This document shows positions 40,436 through 57,382 of a DNA stretch of 59,750 nucleotides, piece by piece. The stretch lies in assembly GCA_004356985.1 (NCBI GenBank), contig SMXQ01000008.1, positions 1-59,750 on the forward strand, written 5' to 3'. A model generated the notes under the pieces. It was given only the letters and a program-made list of their open reading frames with translations. It had not been told where the DNA came from and searched no databases. The number at the start of each line of letters is the position of its first letter. Position 1 is the stretch's first letter. The DNA is from Alphaproteobacteria bacterium (GTDB lineage Bacteria > Pseudomonadota > Alphaproteobacteria > SMXQ01). The translations under genes were made by a program, and so were the position numbers.

Positions 40436-40459
40436 GGGCGCCCAACCCGTCCCACGAAC

Positions 40460-41188
40460 ATGCCTCGCGGACCCTCTTCCATGCCTCCCATATCCGACCC
40501 CACGCTTCCCTATCGCATCACCGTGCGCAATTTCATCGGCATCACCCTGATGGCCGGCCTGATCTTCCTCATCGGCGGCGTCATCCTGGTCAAGCTGGAC
40601 CCCACCATCTTCACCGAAGAGCGCGCGGTGCTGGACAAGCTGTTGTGGTTTTCGCTGCTGGCGACGGCCGGGGTGCTGGCCTCCACCGGTTACGTGCTGG
40701 CCTCGCGCACCACCATGGGATGGGCGATCATCGGCCTGACGCGCCCCGAGGCGCGCTGGATCCTCATCGCCGTGGCGACGGCGGCGGCGCTGTTCTTCGC
40801 CGGCGAGCGGCTGGATTCGCTGATGGGCCTGGGCATCATCGAGAGCTCCCGGGCCAGTTACGCGGCCACCTTGGAAACCCAGGTCGGGCTGCTCGGGCTC
40901 ATGGTGGTGCTCGCCGTCATCCTGCCGATCTCGCTGGAGATCTATTTCCGGGGCGTGCTGTTCAACTTCCTGCGCGGCCTGGTGGGGCTGGAAGCCGCCA
41001 TCGGCCTATCGGCCCTGGTCTACGCCCTGTTGTTTTTCAACCCGGAAGTTCCCGTCTACATGGCCTATGGCGTGGTTCACGGGGCCGCGTTCGCGGTACT
41101 ATTCGTCCGCTCGGGATCGCTCTGGACGGCAATCGCCGCCCACGCCACCCTGGCGGCGCTGACCGTCGCCAAGGTCGCCTGGGCCTGA
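40460..41188 (+). CDS. CPBP (CAAX/Abi) family membrane protein with degenerate motifs
   Basis: Multi-TM; LEIYFRG; RSGSLW.AI.AH. Confidence 0.7.
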   Translation: MPRGPSSMPPISDPTLPYRITVRNFIGITLMAGLIFLIGGVILVKLDPTIFTEERAVLDKLLWFSLLATAGVLASTGYVLASRTTMGWAIIGLTRPEARWILIAVATAAALFFAGERLDSLMGLGIIESSRASYAATLETQVGLLGLMVVLAVILPISLEIYFRGVLFNFLRGLVGLEAAIGLSALVYALLFFNPEVPVYMAYGVVHGAAFAVLFVRSGSLWTAIAAHATLAALTVAKVAWA

Positions 41189-41254
41189 TTCCGGGCCGGG
41201 CACCACCGCGCCCGGAGTTTCGGCTATCCTCATTGTCAATTCGGGAGGCGAGAC

Positions 41255-42364
<1,110 letters not shown>

Positions 42365-42373
42365 GGGCCGCGT

Positions 42374-42904
42374 TCAATCGGCCTCGGCACCCGCCCCATA
42401 CAACACGTCGGCGCGGGTCTCGAAGGCGTCCACCATGTGCGTCACCACGTGGTCGAAGACCGTGCCTATCAGGGCGTCGAGAACCCGGGAGTGGAAATTG
42501 AATTCCACCAGGAAATCGATCTCGGTGCCACTATCAACGGGGTGGAACACCCAGTGGTTGGCCATCTCGCGCATGGGGCCGCGGATGTATTCGACGTCGA
42601 TGCGGGGCGGCGCCCTATCCTTATCCTCCCCGGCCTTCGCCTCGGCGCCCTCGCCCTCGCCCTCCATGGCCCCGGCACTATCCCAGGCACCGCCGCCGCT
42701 CAGCGTCACCCTGGAATGGAAGGTTTCCCGGAACAGCCCCTTGCCCACCACCACGTCGGCCAGCAGCACGCCGTTCTCGCGGCCGGTCACCCGCGCGGCC
42801 AGGCACCAGGGCAGGAATTCAGGGTAGCGCCCGATATCGGCGACCAGGTCGAACATCTGCTTGGGGCTATAGGGCAGGCTGCGGGTTTCCGCGTGGCGGT
42901 GCAT
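42374..42904 (-). CDS. ratA: RatA/Coq10 START-domain protein
   Basis: YS..QMFDLVADI..YPEFLPWC, GP..N.W.F, M.DAFE.RA..LYG. Confidence 0.88.
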   Translation of the reverse strand: MHRHAETRSLPYSPKQMFDLVADIGRYPEFLPWCLAARVTGRENGVLLADVVVGKGLFRETFHSRVTLSGGGAWDSAGAMEGEGEGAEAKAGEDKDRAPPRIDVEYIRGPMREMANHWVFHPVDSGTEIDFLVEFNFHSRVLDALIGTVFDHVVTHMVDAFETRADVLYGAGAEAD

Positions 42905-42917
42905 GGGCGGGTGCGGC

Positions 42918-43889
42918 CTATTGGGCGTCGAGGCGGTCGCCGCGAGCGGCGCCCAGACGGTCCTCGCGGGCGGCGCCGAGGCGGTCCTCGCGGGCGGCCC
43001 GCAGGCGGGCGAAATCGTCGCCCGCGAAATAAGACGAGCGCGTCAGCGGCGAGGCCGAAACCAGGAGGAACCCCTTGCCGTAGGCCATCTTCTCCAGGCC
43101 GGCGAATTCGTCCGGCGTCACGAAGCGCGCCACGGTTGCATGGCGCGGGGTCGGTTGCAGGTACTGGCCGATGGTCAGGAAATCGACATTGGCGGCGCGC
43201 AGGTCGTCCATCACCTGGTGGACTTCCCGGAGCTCCTCGCCGAGACCCACCATGAGCCCCGACTTGGTGAACATGGCCTCGTCCAGTTCCTTGACCCGGT
43301 CCAACAGCCTGAGCGAATGGAAATAGCGCGCGCCGGGGCGGATCGTCGGGTAGAGCCGAGGCACGGTTTCCAGGTTGTGGTTGAAGACGTCGGGGCCGGC
43401 GCGGGCGACCGCTTCCATGGCGCCGGGCTTGCGCAGGAAGTCCGGCGTCAACACCTCGATGGTGGTGCCCGGCGCGCGAGCGCGGATGGCGGCGATGCAT
43501 TTCACGAACTGGTCCGCGCCGCCGTCGGCCAAATCGTCGCGGTCCACCGAGGTGATCACCACGTGGGAGAGGCCGAGTTCGGCCACGGCGGTGGCCAGGT
43601 GCCCCGGTTCCCGCGGGTCCACCGTATTGGGCTTGCCGGTCTTGACGTTGCAGAACGCGCAGGCCCGGGTGCAGGTATCGCCCAGGATCATCACCGTGGC
43701 ATGGCCCTTGGCCCAGCACTGGCCGATATTGGGGCAGGCCGCTTCCTCGCACACGGTGTTGAGCGACAAGTCCCGCATCAGCTTGCGGGTGGCAAAATAT
43801 TCCGGCGAAGTCGGCGCCTTGACCCGGATCCAATCGGGCTTGGGCAGCCTCGGCGCCTTATCGCCCTTGATGTTCTCTACCTTGGCCAT
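42918..43889 (-). CDS. lipA: Lipoyl synthase
   Basis: [12 protein letters not shown] and CTRACAFC; TSVDRDDL; RSSY. Confidence 0.97.
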   Translation of the reverse strand: MAKVENIKGDKAPRLPKPDWIRVKAPTSPEYFATRKLMRDLSLNTVCEEAACPNIGQCWAKGHATVMILGDTCTRACAFCNVKTGKPNTVDPREPGHLATAVAELGLSHVVITSVDRDDLADGGADQFVKCIAAIRARAPGTTIEVLTPDFLRKPGAMEAVARAGPDVFNHNLETVPRLYPTIRPGARYFHSLRLLDRVKELDEAMFTKSGLMVGLGEELREVHQVMDDLRAANVDFLTIGQYLQPTPRHATVARFVTPDEFAGLEKMAYGKGFLLVSASPLTRSSYFAGDDFARLRAAREDRLGAAREDRLGAARGDRLDAQ

Positions 43890-43896
43890 GATCCGA

Positions 43897-45321
<1,425 letters not shown>

Positions 45322-45337
45322 GTTGCTCTCCCGCGCC

Positions 45338-46672
45338 CTAGAGGATAAGCCGTACCGGATGCTCGACCAAGCCCTTGAAGGCGGCCAGGAATCGCGCGCC
45401 GACGGCGCCGTCCACGGCCCGGTGATCGCAGCTCAGGGTGCAGGTCATCAGCATCGCCGTGCAGATTTCACCATCCCGCCCATTCCCGTCGGCGCGCTTT
45501 CGCACGACCACGCGCTCTTCACCGGCGCCGATGGCCAGGATGCAGGCCTGGGGCGGATTGATGACGGCGGCGAACTCACGCACCCCCATCATGCCCATGT
45601 TGGAAATTGTGAAGGTCCCGCCCTGGTATTCCTCCGGGGCCAGCTTGCCGTCGCGCGCGCGCGCGGCGAGCTCCTTGACCTCCGCCGATATTGCGGCGAT
45701 CCCCTTCTTTTCCGCCGACCGCACGATGGGCGTGATCAGCCCGCCATCGGTCGCCACCGCCACCGACACATCGGCCGCCCCATAGAGGATCATGGCCTCG
45801 TCGCTCCACGACGCATTGGCGGCGGGCACTTCTTGCAAAGCTAGGGCCACGGCGCGGATGATGAAATCGTTGAGGGAAATGCGCAACGCCTCGTCGCTGG
45901 CGTTGATCTCGCGCCGGAGGTCGACCAAGGCGTCGATCCCGCAATCCACGGTGACGTAGTAATGCGGCACGTTCTGTTTCGATTCGGTGAGCCGCCGGGC
46001 GATCACCTTGCGCATGGTGGAATGGGGCTCGGCCCGTGCCGCCGCGGCCGGAAAACTCTGGCCCAGGCCGGCGAAAATGCCGCCGCCGCCCAAGGCGCCG
46101 CCCGACGCCATGGCGGCGTCAATGTCGGCCTTGACGATGCGCCCATGAGGACCGCTGCCGGTGACCCGCGCGAGATCGATCCCTTCCGCCTTGGCCATGC
46201 GCCGGGCCAGGGGCGAGGCGACCACACGGACGCCGGGCGTGCGGGCCGGGGCTGGCTTGGGAGCCCTTGGCGTGGTTGCAGGCGCGGGCGCTTGAGCCAT
46301 GGGCGCCGGTGTTGGCCCGGCGGGCCCAGGCGCAGGTGCGGCGGCTGCGGGAGCCGGGGCCGGCTTTGGCGCGGCCTTGGCTTCGGCCAGGGCGGCCTTG
46401 ACGGCGGCGTCCAGGGCGGATTTGTCCTCGCCATCGGCAACGATCACGGCGATGGGGGTATTGACGGCGATGGCATCATCGCCGGCTTCGGTCAGGATTT
46501 TGCCCAGAATCCCCTCGTCGGTGGCTTCCACCTCCATGATCGCCTTGTCGGTCTCGATCTCGGCCAAGAGATCGCCGGAGCGCACCGCCTCGCCTTCCTT
46601 CTTCAGCCACTGGGCGATCTTGCCCTCGGTCATGGTCGGCGACAACGCCGGCATTCTAATGGTGACGGGCAT
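45338..46672 (-). CDS. pdhC: Pyruvate dehydrogenase E2
   Basis: Lipoyl domain (ETDKA), E3-binding domain (ASPLARR), DHRAVDG. Confidence 0.96.
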   Translation of the reverse strand: MPVTIRMPALSPTMTEGKIAQWLKKEGEAVRSGDLLAEIETDKAIMEVEATDEGILGKILTEAGDDAIAVNTPIAVIVADGEDKSALDAAVKAALAEAKAAPKPAPAPAAAAPAPGPAGPTPAPMAQAPAPATTPRAPKPAPARTPGVRVVASPLARRMAKAEGIDLARVTGSGPHGRIVKADIDAAMASGGALGGGGIFAGLGQSFPAAAARAEPHSTMRKVIARRLTESKQNVPHYYVTVDCGIDALVDLRREINASDEALRISLNDFIIRAVALALQEVPAANASWSDEAMILYGAADVSVAVATDGGLITPIVRSAEKKGIAAISAEVKELAARARDGKLAPEEYQGGTFTISNMGMMGVREFAAVINPPQACILAIGAGEERVVVRKRADGNGRDGEICTAMLMTCTLSCDHRAVDGAVGARFLAAFKGLVEHPVRLIL

Positions 46673-46684
46673 TATCGAACCCCC

Positions 46685-48070
46685 TCAGTCGCGGTAGGTG
46701 ACGGCACGGACGCCGGCCACCACGTCTTCCACCTTGGGCAGGGCCAGGGCTTCGAGATTGGCGGCGTAGGGAAGCGGCACGTCGGCGGCCGAGACCCGGT
46801 GAAGCGGCGCGTCAAGATCATCGAACGAGGCTTCCATGATCACCGCCGCGATTTCGGCGTTGATCCCGGCATAGGGCCAGCCTTCCTCCACGGCGACGAT
46901 GCGGTTGGTCTTGGCCACCGAGGCGGCGATGGTCTCCCGGTCGAGCGGCCGCAGGGTGCGCAAGTCGATCACCTCCGCGTCGATCCCCTCGCCCGCCAAC
47001 TGCTCCGCCGCTTGCAGGGCGAGCTCAACCATGCGTGAAAAGGCGACGATGGTGACGTCGCTACCGCCGCGCACCACCCGGGCCTTGCCGATGGGGACGA
47101 CGAATTCGGGGTCCACGGGAACGTCGTCGCGGCGCCCGTAGAGAATTTCATGTTCCAGGAAAATGATCGGGTTGGGGTCGCGGATCGCCGCTTTCAAAAG
47201 CCCCTTGGCGTCGTCGGCGGCAAAGGGTGCGACCACCTTGAGGCCGGGGATATGCGCGAACCAGCTGGCGTAACATTGGGAATGCTGGGCCCCCACCCGC
47301 GCCGCCGCGCCGTTGGCGCCGCGGAACACCACCGGACAGGTCATCTGGCCCCCCGACATGTAGCGCGTCTTGGCGGCTGAGTTGATGATTTGGTCCATGG
47401 CCTGCATGGAGAAATTGAAGGTCATGAATTCGACGATGGGTTTCAGCCCGCCGAAGGCGGCGCCGATTCCAAGCCCGGTGAATCCCTGTTCGGTGATCGG
47501 TGTATCGACCACCCGCAGGGGCCCGAACTCCTCCAGCAAGCCCTGGCTCACCTTATAGGCGCCCTGGTATTCGGCGACTTCCTCGCCCATCAGGAAGACG
47601 TCGGGATCGCGGCGCATTTCCTCGGCCATGGCCTCGCCCAAGGCCTCGCGCACGGTGATCGACTTGGTGTTGCCATAGAAGGCGGGATCGACATCGCCTG
47701 AAACCGCCGCCGCCGGGGCCGCCGGGCGGGGCGCCGCCGCCTTGGCTTCGGCGGCAGCGGGGGGGGCGGGCGCCGGCACCGGCGCCGGGCCTTGATTGAT
47801 GATGGCCTCGACGGCGGACGCATCCTCGCCGTCCTCCAGCAACACCGCGATGGGCGCGTTGACGGCGACGTTCTCGGTCCCCTCGGCGACCAGGATCCGG
47901 CCCAGAATCCCCTCGTCGGTGGCTTCGATCTCCATGGTCGCCTTGTCGGTCTCGATCTCGGCCAACAGGTCGCCGGAACGCACCACCTCGCCTTCCCGCT
48001 TCAGCCACTTGGCGAGCTTGCCCTCGGTCATGGTCGGCGACAGGGCCGGCATCAATACCCTAACGGCCAT
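46685..48070 (-). CDS. pdhB: Pyruvate dehydrogenase E1 beta with N-terminal lipoyl domain
   Basis: ETDKA; GEEV..YQGAYK; DTPITE; EFMTFNF. Confidence 0.96.
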   Translation of the reverse strand: MAVRVLMPALSPTMTEGKLAKWLKREGEVVRSGDLLAEIETDKATMEIEATDEGILGRILVAEGTENVAVNAPIAVLLEDGEDASAVEAIINQGPAPVPAPAPPAAAEAKAAAPRPAAPAAAVSGDVDPAFYGNTKSITVREALGEAMAEEMRRDPDVFLMGEEVAEYQGAYKVSQGLLEEFGPLRVVDTPITEQGFTGLGIGAAFGGLKPIVEFMTFNFSMQAMDQIINSAAKTRYMSGGQMTCPVVFRGANGAAARVGAQHSQCYASWFAHIPGLKVVAPFAADDAKGLLKAAIRDPNPIIFLEHEILYGRRDDVPVDPEFVVPIGKARVVRGGSDVTIVAFSRMVELALQAAEQLAGEGIDAEVIDLRTLRPLDRETIAASVAKTNRIVAVEEGWPYAGINAEIAAVIMEASFDDLDAPLHRVSAADVPLPYAANLEALALPKVEDVVAGVRAVTYRD

Positions 48071-48073
48071 GGT

Positions 48074-49165
48074 TCAGGCCTCCGCCAAAACGTCTGTGTA
48101 GAGTTCCGAGGGATCGGGTTCGGCATCGGCGACGGCGAATTCCGCGGCCTCGGTGACGCGCTTCTTCACACCGTCGTCGATCTTCTTGAGATCCCCGGCA
48201 CTGGCCAAATCATGCTCGAACAACAGGTTCGAAAGGTGGTCGATGGGATCGCGTTCCTCGCGCACCTTCTGGACTTCGTCGCGGGTCCGATAGCGCGCCG
48301 GGTCGGACATGGAATGTCCCCGGTAGCGGTAGGTCTCCATCTGCAGGATTTGCGGCCCCTTGCCGGCGCGGCAATACGCCACGGCGGCGGCGCCCGCCTC
48401 CCGCACCGCCAGCACGTCCATGCCGTCGACCTTGTGCCCGGGAATGCCGAAGGGCTCGCCGCGGCGGAAGAAATCGGGGCTGGCCGAGGCCCGGCTGACC
48501 GATGTCCCCATGCCGTATTGGTTGTTTTCGATGATGAAGATGACCGGCAGCTTCCACAGCGCGGCCATGTTGAAGCTCTCGAACACCTGGCCCTGGTTGG
48601 CGGCGCCGTCGCCGTAATAGGTCAGCGAGACACCGCCGTCGCCGCGGTAGCGGTGGGCGAAGCCAAGCCCATTGCCGATGGGCACCCCGGCGGCGACGAT
48701 GCCGTGGCCGCCATAGAAATTCTTTTCCTTGGAAAACAGGTGCATGGATCCACCCTTGCCCCGGGAGGTGCCGCCGCGCCGGCCGGTCAGCTCGGCCATC
48801 ACCCCCTTGGGATCCGTGCCGCAGGACAGCATGTGGCCGTGATCCCGATACGACGTCAGCACCGAATCCCTGGCCTCGATGTTGGCCTGCATGCCGACCA
48901 CAACCGCCTCCTGGCCGATATAGAGGTGGCAAAATCCGGCGATTTCGCCCTGACCGTAAAGCTGTCCCGCCTTTTCCTCGAAGCGGCGGATCAGCAGCAT
49001 GGACTCATAGAAACCAAGAAGCTGTTCCCGGCTTTCCTTGGGTTTCTCGATCCTCGCCTTGGTTTTGACCTTGGCCGTGCGCGCCGAATTGGCGGCGCCC
49101 TTGGCCTGGCCGGAACGCTTGCCCGTAGAACGCGCCTTCCGGGTTTGGGTTGTCGTTCGTGCCAT
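48074..49165 (-). CDS. pdhA: Pyruvate dehydrogenase E1 alpha
   Basis: GFCHL.IGQEA, GDGAANQGQ, YRYRGHSMSDP. Confidence 0.96.
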   Translation of the reverse strand: MARTTTQTRKARSTGKRSGQAKGAANSARTAKVKTKARIEKPKESREQLLGFYESMLLIRRFEEKAGQLYGQGEIAGFCHLYIGQEAVVVGMQANIEARDSVLTSYRDHGHMLSCGTDPKGVMAELTGRRGGTSRGKGGSMHLFSKEKNFYGGHGIVAAGVPIGNGLGFAHRYRGDGGVSLTYYGDGAANQGQVFESFNMAALWKLPVIFIIENNQYGMGTSVSRASASPDFFRRGEPFGIPGHKVDGMDVLAVREAGAAAVAYCRAGKGPQILQMETYRYRGHSMSDPARYRTRDEVQKVREERDPIDHLSNLLFEHDLASAGDLKKIDDGVKKRVTEAAEFAVADAEPDPSELYTDVLAEA

Positions 49166-49545
49166 CGATGGATTCCCGTTTCCGCCCTAGTGTTGCCGGG
49201 CCCGTTGAAGCGGGCCTTGTTCGACCGGGGTTGGGCCGCGAAGGTCCAATGCCGTCGGCGAGGGAAACATACACTTCTTTTCATTAACGATAAAAGAACA
49301 AAATATGTTGAGAATTCAAAGGGATATGAATTATTAACTTATATACGATTATTAATGGAATTTAAAGCCGTGGATGGCCCCCGCAGGGTAACATTGCCGA
49401 TCATAACGCCAGAAACACGACAGATTGCCACCCTGGACCGTTGCGGCGGACGCGCGCGGTTGAATTCCCTCGATCGGACCCGGCCCCCCGGGGCGCCGCC
49501 GCCACCCACCGGCCGCCACCCACCGAAGGGGTCGGTGCTCAGCGC

Positions 49546-49947
49546 TCAAAGGTGGTGGTGATAAGATGGTCCAGCGCGCGGCTCCACCCCGCGCCATGCG
49601 GCCGGCGCCTTTCCATGAGCCGCCGTGGGCGACCGCGCGCCGCCCATGATGATGATGTCGTCGGGGTGGACCAGGCCCAGCACGCTTCGCACGCGTTCTT
49701 CCAGAAGGTCGGGATCCAGGCTTTGGGGTTGGAGAAGACCAACGCGGTGGGCGAATTCGGTCCGCCTGGCGACGGTTTCGTCATATTGGAGCTGGGCGGT
49801 CTCCACCTGCTGGCTGAGCTTCAGCCAAGCGATCAGGCCGCGGTCGCCCTGGATCACGTGGTAGGCGAAATAGCCAAAAAGGGTAATTCCCGCAACGGGA
49901 CCGACGATGTGACGTGCGCGGCGCCTGATTTCGCCGAGAAGATTCAT
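49546..49947 (-). CDS. ftsB: Septum formation initiator (FtsB/DivIC)
   Basis: Single TM, YF.YH...G.RG, coiled coil, LDPDLLEER.R..LG; downstream of eno. Confidence 0.85.
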   Translation of the reverse strand: MNLLGEIRRRARHIVGPVAGITLFGYFAYHVIQGDRGLIAWLKLSQQVETAQLQYDETVARRTEFAHRVGLLQPQSLDPDLLEERVRSVLGLVHPDDIIIMGGARSPTAAHGKAPAAWRGVEPRAGPSYHHHL

Positions 49948-50139
49948 GGCGGGAGAGAATCACAAGCCACCCACCCGCGTCAACAGAAAAAATCCATTAG
50001 AATCTTTAATTTAGTGGTCGTTGCCGGCGCCCCGGCGGAAACAACGTCAGGGCAATTTCAGCCAACCGGGCCGCCGCCTGGGCTAAAATGGCGCGCGCCC
50101 GGCCGGACTCGAGGTGCTAACGGCCGCCCGGGACGGCCT

Positions 50140-52300
<2,161 letters not shown>

Positions 52301-52304
52301 GATC

Positions 52305-53939
<1,635 letters not shown>

Positions 53940-54063
53940 TCACGATACATCATTGGTTGTCGCCGACCCAAACAAAACGTACCCCTCGCATCAAAAATGG
54001 GCGGCTCACCCGTCGCCACCCTTCGCTCCACGCCAGGGCCCAGCCCCCACCGACCGGTCAGAT

Positions 54064-54387
54064 TTAGCGGCCAAGAGGCACCCCCGGGCGCGTTGGCGCC
54101 TGCGGCGTGGCGGGGGCGCTTGGCCTGGGCGTCACGCCCTGGTCCAGCACCGATTGAGGTTTGCGGTCCTGACTGGCGAGGATCGCCAGGGTCAGGGAGG
54201 TCGCCATGAACGCGGCGGCCAACATCGCCGTCGCCCGGGTCAACAAATTGGACTGGGCCCGGCTCGTCATGAAGCCGCCGCCGCCGCCGCCAATGCCCAG
54301 CGCGCCGCCTTCGGACCGTTGCAGAAGCACGCAAATCACCAGAGAAAGCGCCAGAATCAGGTGGATGGTGAGAATAATGGTGTTCAT
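54064..54387 (-). CDS. secG: Preprotein translocase SecG
   Basis: VLLQRSEGG, NLLTR.T; between tpiA and pyrG. Confidence 0.93.
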   Translation of the reverse strand: MNTIILTIHLILALSLVICVLLQRSEGGALGIGGGGGGFMTSRAQSNLLTRATAMLAAAFMATSLTLAILASQDRKPQSVLDQGVTPRPSAPATPQAPTRPGVPLGR

Positions 54388-54476
54388 AGCGTCCCGGAAG
54401 TTGGCCTGAACATAAGGCCATCGCAAGCGATTTTAAAGGGCAAATTCGTGACCTCCAATACGGTGGCCGCGGCCGC

Positions 54477-55226
54477 CTAGGACGCCGCCAGGGCAATGGC
54501 GAGGAAAGAGCCCGCATCCAGGCTGGCGCCGCCGATGAGCGCGCCGTTCACGTTGTCCACCGAGAGCAGCTCGGCGGCGTTCTCGGGGTTCACCGACCCC
54601 CCATAGAGAAGACGCAAATCGGCCGCGCCGGCGGCGATCCGGGCGATCTCGGCGCGGATATGGGCGTGGGCCTCGGCGATCTCCGCCGCCGTCGGCGTGC
54701 GCCCGGTGCCGATCGCCCATACCGGCTCGTAGGCGACCACCGTGTTGGCCGCCGTGGTGCCTTGGGGGAGCGAACCCGCGATCTGTTCCGACAAAACCGC
54801 GAAGACTTGCCCGCCATCGCGTTGGGCCGCGGTCTCGCCGATGCAAATGACGGCGATCAATCCCGCGTCGTGGGCGGCGGCCGACTTGTCCCGCACCAAG
54901 GCATTGCCCTCGAAGTGATCGCCGCGCCGTTCCGAATGTCCGGTGATCACGAAGGAAGCCCCGGCCTCGGCCAGCATCGGCGCGGAAATGTCGCCGGTAT
55001 GCGCGCCGCTGGACTGGCCGTGGCAATCCTGGCCGCCGACGGCGACCGCCGATCCCGCGAGGGTTTCAGCCACGGCGGCCAAGGCAACGGCCGGCGGGCA
55101 AACCAGAAGGTCGCAGCGGCCCGCCACCTCGGGGGCGCGCTCGGCTATGGCGCGCGCCAAGGCGATGCCCGCGCCGCCGCCGCCGTTCATCTTCCAATTG
55201 CCCGCGATCAACGGCTTCACCGCCAC
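54477..55226 (-). CDS. tpiA: Triosephosphate isomerase
   Basis: [28 protein letters not shown]. Confidence 0.97.
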   Translation of the reverse strand: MAVKPLIAGNWKMNGGGGAGIALARAIAERAPEVAGRCDLLVCPPAVALAAVAETLAGSAVAVGGQDCHGQSSGAHTGDISAPMLAEAGASFVITGHSERRGDHFEGNALVRDKSAAAHDAGLIAVICIGETAAQRDGGQVFAVLSEQIAGSLPQGTTAANTVVAYEPVWAIGTGRTPTAAEIAEAHAHIRAEIARIAAGAADLRLLYGGSVNPENAAELLSVDNVNGALIGGASLDAGSFLAIALAAS

Positions 55227-55488
55227 CTCGTTCTCCCCTCGGGTCCGGCCCGAATGACCCGGTTCACCGGGCTTTTAGCACGGCCCGCGCCGGGGTCCAA
55301 GACAAGGGCGCCGGCGGCGCCCATGGCGGCCACGCCCATAGCGCCGATGATGGCGCCCCTGCCGATCGCGCCAATACGGTATTGCGGGCGCCCATGGCCC
55401 CTTCTATGATGCCGCGGAAATGGCGGCCGTTTCCCAAGCGGGGAGCACCCGCCCTTTGCTTTCAAGAACTTAGCAGGTTTCGTGAAAG

Positions 55489-57360
55489 ATGCTTCAAGCC
55501 CTTCGTGACAAGGCCAGTTCCTGGGTCATCAAGATTCTGCTTGGCCTGTTGATCATCGCCTTCGCGATCTGGGGGATCAACGACGTCTTCCTTGGCGAAC
55601 GCGACCCTGCGGTGGCCACGGTCGGCGATGTCAAGATCGCCCGGTCCCAGGCGGACGAGGCGCTGCGCGACGAACTCAACCGGCTCCGCCCGGTGTTGGG
55701 AACCATCGACCGGGAGGCCGCCTTTCGCATGGGCCTCACCAACCAGGTTCTCACCCGGCTGATCAACCGCACCGTAGCCAACATCGCGGCCCAGGAACTG
55801 GGCATCGTCGCCTCGGATCAGATGGTCAATCGAAGTATCCGCTCCGACCGCAGGTTCTTCGACCAAAGCGGCAAATTCAGCCGCAACTTATTTTACCAGA
55901 CGCTATCCAACGCCAATATGGCCGAGGGCTACTACGTTTCTACCCTGAAACAAAGCCTGCCGTCGGAACACCTGAACCGGGCCGTTTCCGGCAACATTCC
56001 GGTGCCGAAGGCGCTGATCGGTCCGCTGACGCGATTCCGTTCCGAGCAACGCACGGCGCGGACGGTCCTGGTCCCGCCACCCTTGGGCGCGGCGCGGGAA
56101 CCCAAGGGCGACGAGCTCGAGGCCTTTTACAAGGAAAATATATCTGGCTTCATGGCCCCCGAATACCGGGACGTGACCTTCATCCACCTTGATCCCCGGG
56201 AATTGTCCAAAGAGGTCCGGGTGGCCGAGGAGAAGATCAAGGAAAGCTACGCCCAGCGCATCGAGGAGTTCACCCTGCGCGACCGGCGCAAGTTGGCACA
56301 GGTGGTCTTCCGGACCGAAGCCGGCGCCGCGGCGGCGGCGGCGGCCATAAAATCCGGCAAGAGCCTGGCCGAGGCCGCGAAGGAAAAAGGCAAGACCCAG
56401 AAGGTCGTGAAGCTCGGCTGGGTCGAACAGAAGGACCTGTTCACGGTCCTGGCGAAACCCGTCTTCGCGCTGAAAAAAGGCGAGACAAGCGGCGTTCTCA
56501 AGAGCCCGCTGGGCTGGCATATCGTCGCCATCGAGGATTCCGAAATAGGCCGGGTCAAGCCTCTTTCCGAGGTCCGCAAGCAGGTGCGCGACGGCCTCGC
56601 CGCAGGCGAAGCGCAAAACTCCATCTTCGCCCTGGCCAACCAGCTCGAGGACAGCCTCGCCGCGGGCGCCGATATCAAGGCCGCGGCGGCCAGGCTCAAC
56701 GTCAGGGCGGTCAACGTCCCCGCCCTTGACCGCCAAGGCCTGGGACGGAACGGCAAAAGGGTCGCCAAACTGCCCATCGGCGGCAAATTTCTGCGCACCG
56801 CCTTCGAACATTCCGACGGCGAATCCAGCACCCTGCGCGAAACCCAAGCCGGCGGATTTTACATCCTGATGGTCAATAAGGTGATGCCGCCCAAGGTCAG
56901 GCCGCTGAAAGATGTCCGCCGCATCGCCGTCACGGCCTGGAAAGCCGAGCGGCAGGCGCAAGCGGCATCGAGGCGGGCCAAGGCGATTGTCGCGCGCCTC
57001 AAGAAAGGCGACAACTTCGCGGCCATCGCCAGGGACGAAAAGCTCGAGGTCAAGACCTCGCCGGCCTTTACCCGGCTCACCCACGAAGCGCAAAGCGGCG
57101 TGGCCGCGGCGTTGGCCGAAAAACTCTTTTCCCTCAAGGTCGGGGATGCCGCCATGGCGGAATCCACCCAGGGCTACGTGGTGGGCGTACTGGCATCGGT
57201 CAGCGCCGGGGCCGGCAAGCAAAAGGCCGCGGTCGCCGAAGGCACCCTGCGGGAGATCCGCCAAGGCATGGCCGCCGACTTGACCGCGCAGCTCCTCGAA
57301 GCCTTCCGCCGGCGCGTCACCATCAAGACCTATCCCGACCTCCTCAGAGACCGGATATAG
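55489..57360 (+). CDS. ppiD: PpiD-like periplasmic chaperone (SurA-N + parvulin)
   Basis: N-terminal TM (FAIWGI), PE.R, LGW, S.LGWHI; conserved tpiA-ppiD-trpE synteny. Confidence 0.85.
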   Translation: MLQALRDKASSWVIKILLGLLIIAFAIWGINDVFLGERDPAVATVGDVKIARSQADEALRDELNRLRPVLGTIDREAAFRMGLTNQVLTRLINRTVANIAAQELGIVASDQMVNRSIRSDRRFFDQSGKFSRNLFYQTLSNANMAEGYYVSTLKQSLPSEHLNRAVSGNIPVPKALIGPLTRFRSEQRTARTVLVPPPLGAAREPKGDELEAFYKENISGFMAPEYRDVTFIHLDPRELSKEVRVAEEKIKESYAQRIEEFTLRDRRKLAQVVFRTEAGAAAAAAAIKSGKSLAEAAKEKGKTQKVVKLGWVEQKDLFTVLAKPVFALKKGETSGVLKSPLGWHIVAIEDSEIGRVKPLSEVRKQVRDGLAAGEAQNSIFALANQLEDSLAAGADIKAAAARLNVRAVNVPALDRQGLGRNGKRVAKLPIGGKFLRTAFEHSDGESSTLRETQAGGFYILMVNKVMPPKVRPLKDVRRIAVTAWKAERQAQAASRRAKAIVARLKKGDNFAAIARDEKLEVKTSPAFTRLTHEAQSGVAAALAEKLFSLKVGDAAMAESTQGYVVGVLASVSAGAGKQKAAVAEGTLREIRQGMAADLTAQLLEAFRRRVTIKTYPDLLRDRI

Positions 57361-57382
57361 GCTCGAAGACCGGATATAGGCC

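Noticed and set aside
46500-48070. Near-identical DNA at the 5' ends of pdhB and pdhC
   Set aside because: Both encode lipoyl domains; a lipoylated E1-beta is established in Alphaproteobacteria.
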